Below are positions 62,379 to 64,000 of a stretch of 64,000 nucleotides of DNA, in pieces. Source of the stretch: Moniliella sp. 'wahieum'. Its lineage: Eukaryota. Both the position numbers and the translations under genes were made by a program. Each line of letters begins with the position of its first letter. The stretch's first letter is position 1. The notes below the pieces were generated by a model, which was not told the origin of the DNA, ran no database searches, and saw nothing but the letters and a program-made list of their open reading frames with translations. Location: the NCBI GenBank assembly GCA_003971905.1, contig RSEE01000007.1, positions 434,001 to 498,000 of the forward strand, written 5' to 3'.

Positions 62379-64000
62379 AGTACCCACCCTCTCATTCTTC
62401 AGCTTCTTCTTTCAAGAGAGAGTATCAGGAGTAAGTGTAACCACGACGGTTGAACACAAGTACGTTGTTATATACTGCCTATGAATATAATCACTGCTAC
62501 GTTTTGATTGTCATATGTTGAAAACTGTGTGTGTTTTCTCGATGGGTCGACCCCAGGAGAGCCCTACTATGCCTTCTCCCGGTCTTTGTGCCAGCCTGTT
62601 GATACGTTGATAGACCATTCGATGTCAGAGATCAGCCAAATTGCAGCAATACTTACTGAAGTGGCAACAACATATCAGAGCAACTTGTGGAGAAGAAAAC
62701 AAAAAAATAAAAATGACCCCTACCGACGATTTGAACGGATGACCTTGAGGATACCAAGAGCTGGAATCTCACGCGCTACCGCTGCGCCAAGAGGCCTTCA
62801 CATCGATCGTTATTACAAAAAGAACTTGTCTCATTGCTGTCCATCTCGGCCCTTCCCTGAAATCGGGCGTCTGCTGGAGCCGCTTGAGCAACATGTCTGG
62901 TGAGTAGGAAAAAATATCTGGCCCAGCTCTGCTATAGGGTGACGAGAAAGAGTGTTCCCACACAATTCGCCTCCCTTCTGTCTGCCTCCGCGTTCGAAAT
63001 CAAACCAATGTGTTACCGGCCGAGCGCTTTCCGTATTATGTACCTGAATCCTGCACGCTAGTAGGCCTGGCCGAAAGGGGGATTGGGGGGGGGGGCAAAG
63101 CGTCCACGCGTCGCAGAGACAAGCTACAACATGAGCAACGAGTGAGAGTTGAGATAAACAGCCACGGAGGGCGAGATGGCCCAAACGAGCAGGAAAAGGG
63201 GTGCTTTGTTTTGTCCCTCTGATCAGACAATGGTACGATTGATGTGGGTGGTAGTAGCGAGGCAGAAACGCAGTCCAGCTTCATAGGTCCAGTCCGATGC
63301 TGGCCACATACGTTTCCTGTGCCCGCACGCTCTCACCACACCGGGCCCGTGTGGCCTGGAGGTAATCCAGCAATGCAGGCAAAGCTTCAGGCCGAAGGGC
63401 CAGGTCGGTGCTGGGTTCAACAGCGCCCAGGCTCAGATCCAATCCCAGGTCCAAGCTTGCTTCCAGCGCCGAGGCCGCTTTGGCTTCCTGCATGCCCGCC
63501 GCCCCGGCCCCGGCACCAGCTGGGGAGGACACCACACGACGATACATGGCCGCCGGCGGGCTGAGCGGGATGTTCCGTCGCTCTTCCTTCCTCTTGGGCA
63601 GCGCAGAGGGTGGACCCACTCCCCCGCTGGCGTGGAGACTGAACGCTGCATTACCATGGCACCATGGGTGGGCGGGACAGCCAGGACCCTTGGGCCAACA
63701 GGCGGGGATAGGGCTAAGGGTAGGTTCGAGGTGGAGGTGGAGGTGACGCTCAAGGTGCTGGCGGTAGTGCGGACCGAGCCGGTCCATGCGGGGTCGAGGT
63801 CCGGCTCTCGGGAGGGTGCACCCGTGACGCGAACTGATGCAGTGGTGGGCGTGCGGGAGAGTGAAAGGAGGAGTGAAGTGTGGTGTGGGCGAGATGCCGA
63901 AGCTGAGGGGGAGCGGGACTGACGCGAATGGGTCCGAACCAGTCCGGGATGAGAAGAAGAAGCGGGGTCGGGATGGTGCGAAGGAGACATGGCATGCATG

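Noticed and set aside
63281..64000. Ser/Pro-rich minus-strand ORFs at the window end
   Set aside because: They may be part of a gene, but there is no domain or consistent frame to support a call.

Overview
Eukaryotic, GC-rich, compact fungal genomic DNA, most likely a basidiomycete (Ustilaginomycotina-like by inference). Introns are short GT-AG type with CTAAC/CTGAC branch points. Recognisable genes: three C2H2 zinc-finger transcription factors (one Usv1/Nsf1-like), an ankyrin-repeat protein, an F-box-like protein, peroxisomal uricase, thioredoxin, a Hac1/Cib1/Hxl1-type UPR bZIP with an Ire1-type unconventional intron, Rat1/Xrn2, a CSC1/OSCA channel, an intron-containing tRNA-Asn(GUU), a LisH/Flo8-like regulator with a very long (QA)n tract, Upf2, Ost3/6, Rpl26, a BCP/PrxQ peroxiredoxin with a long tail, Rot1 and a DUF6533-like membrane protein. 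Many genes are broken by single-base indels in homopolymers, most likely assembly errors, so gene ends are approximate. The most striking unexplained signal is a family of 7-bp-period arrays, (TGA/TCA + 4-bp palindrome)n, found in promoter-side intergenic DNA. At least 13 different palindromic cores are used while the 7-bp phase is kept.
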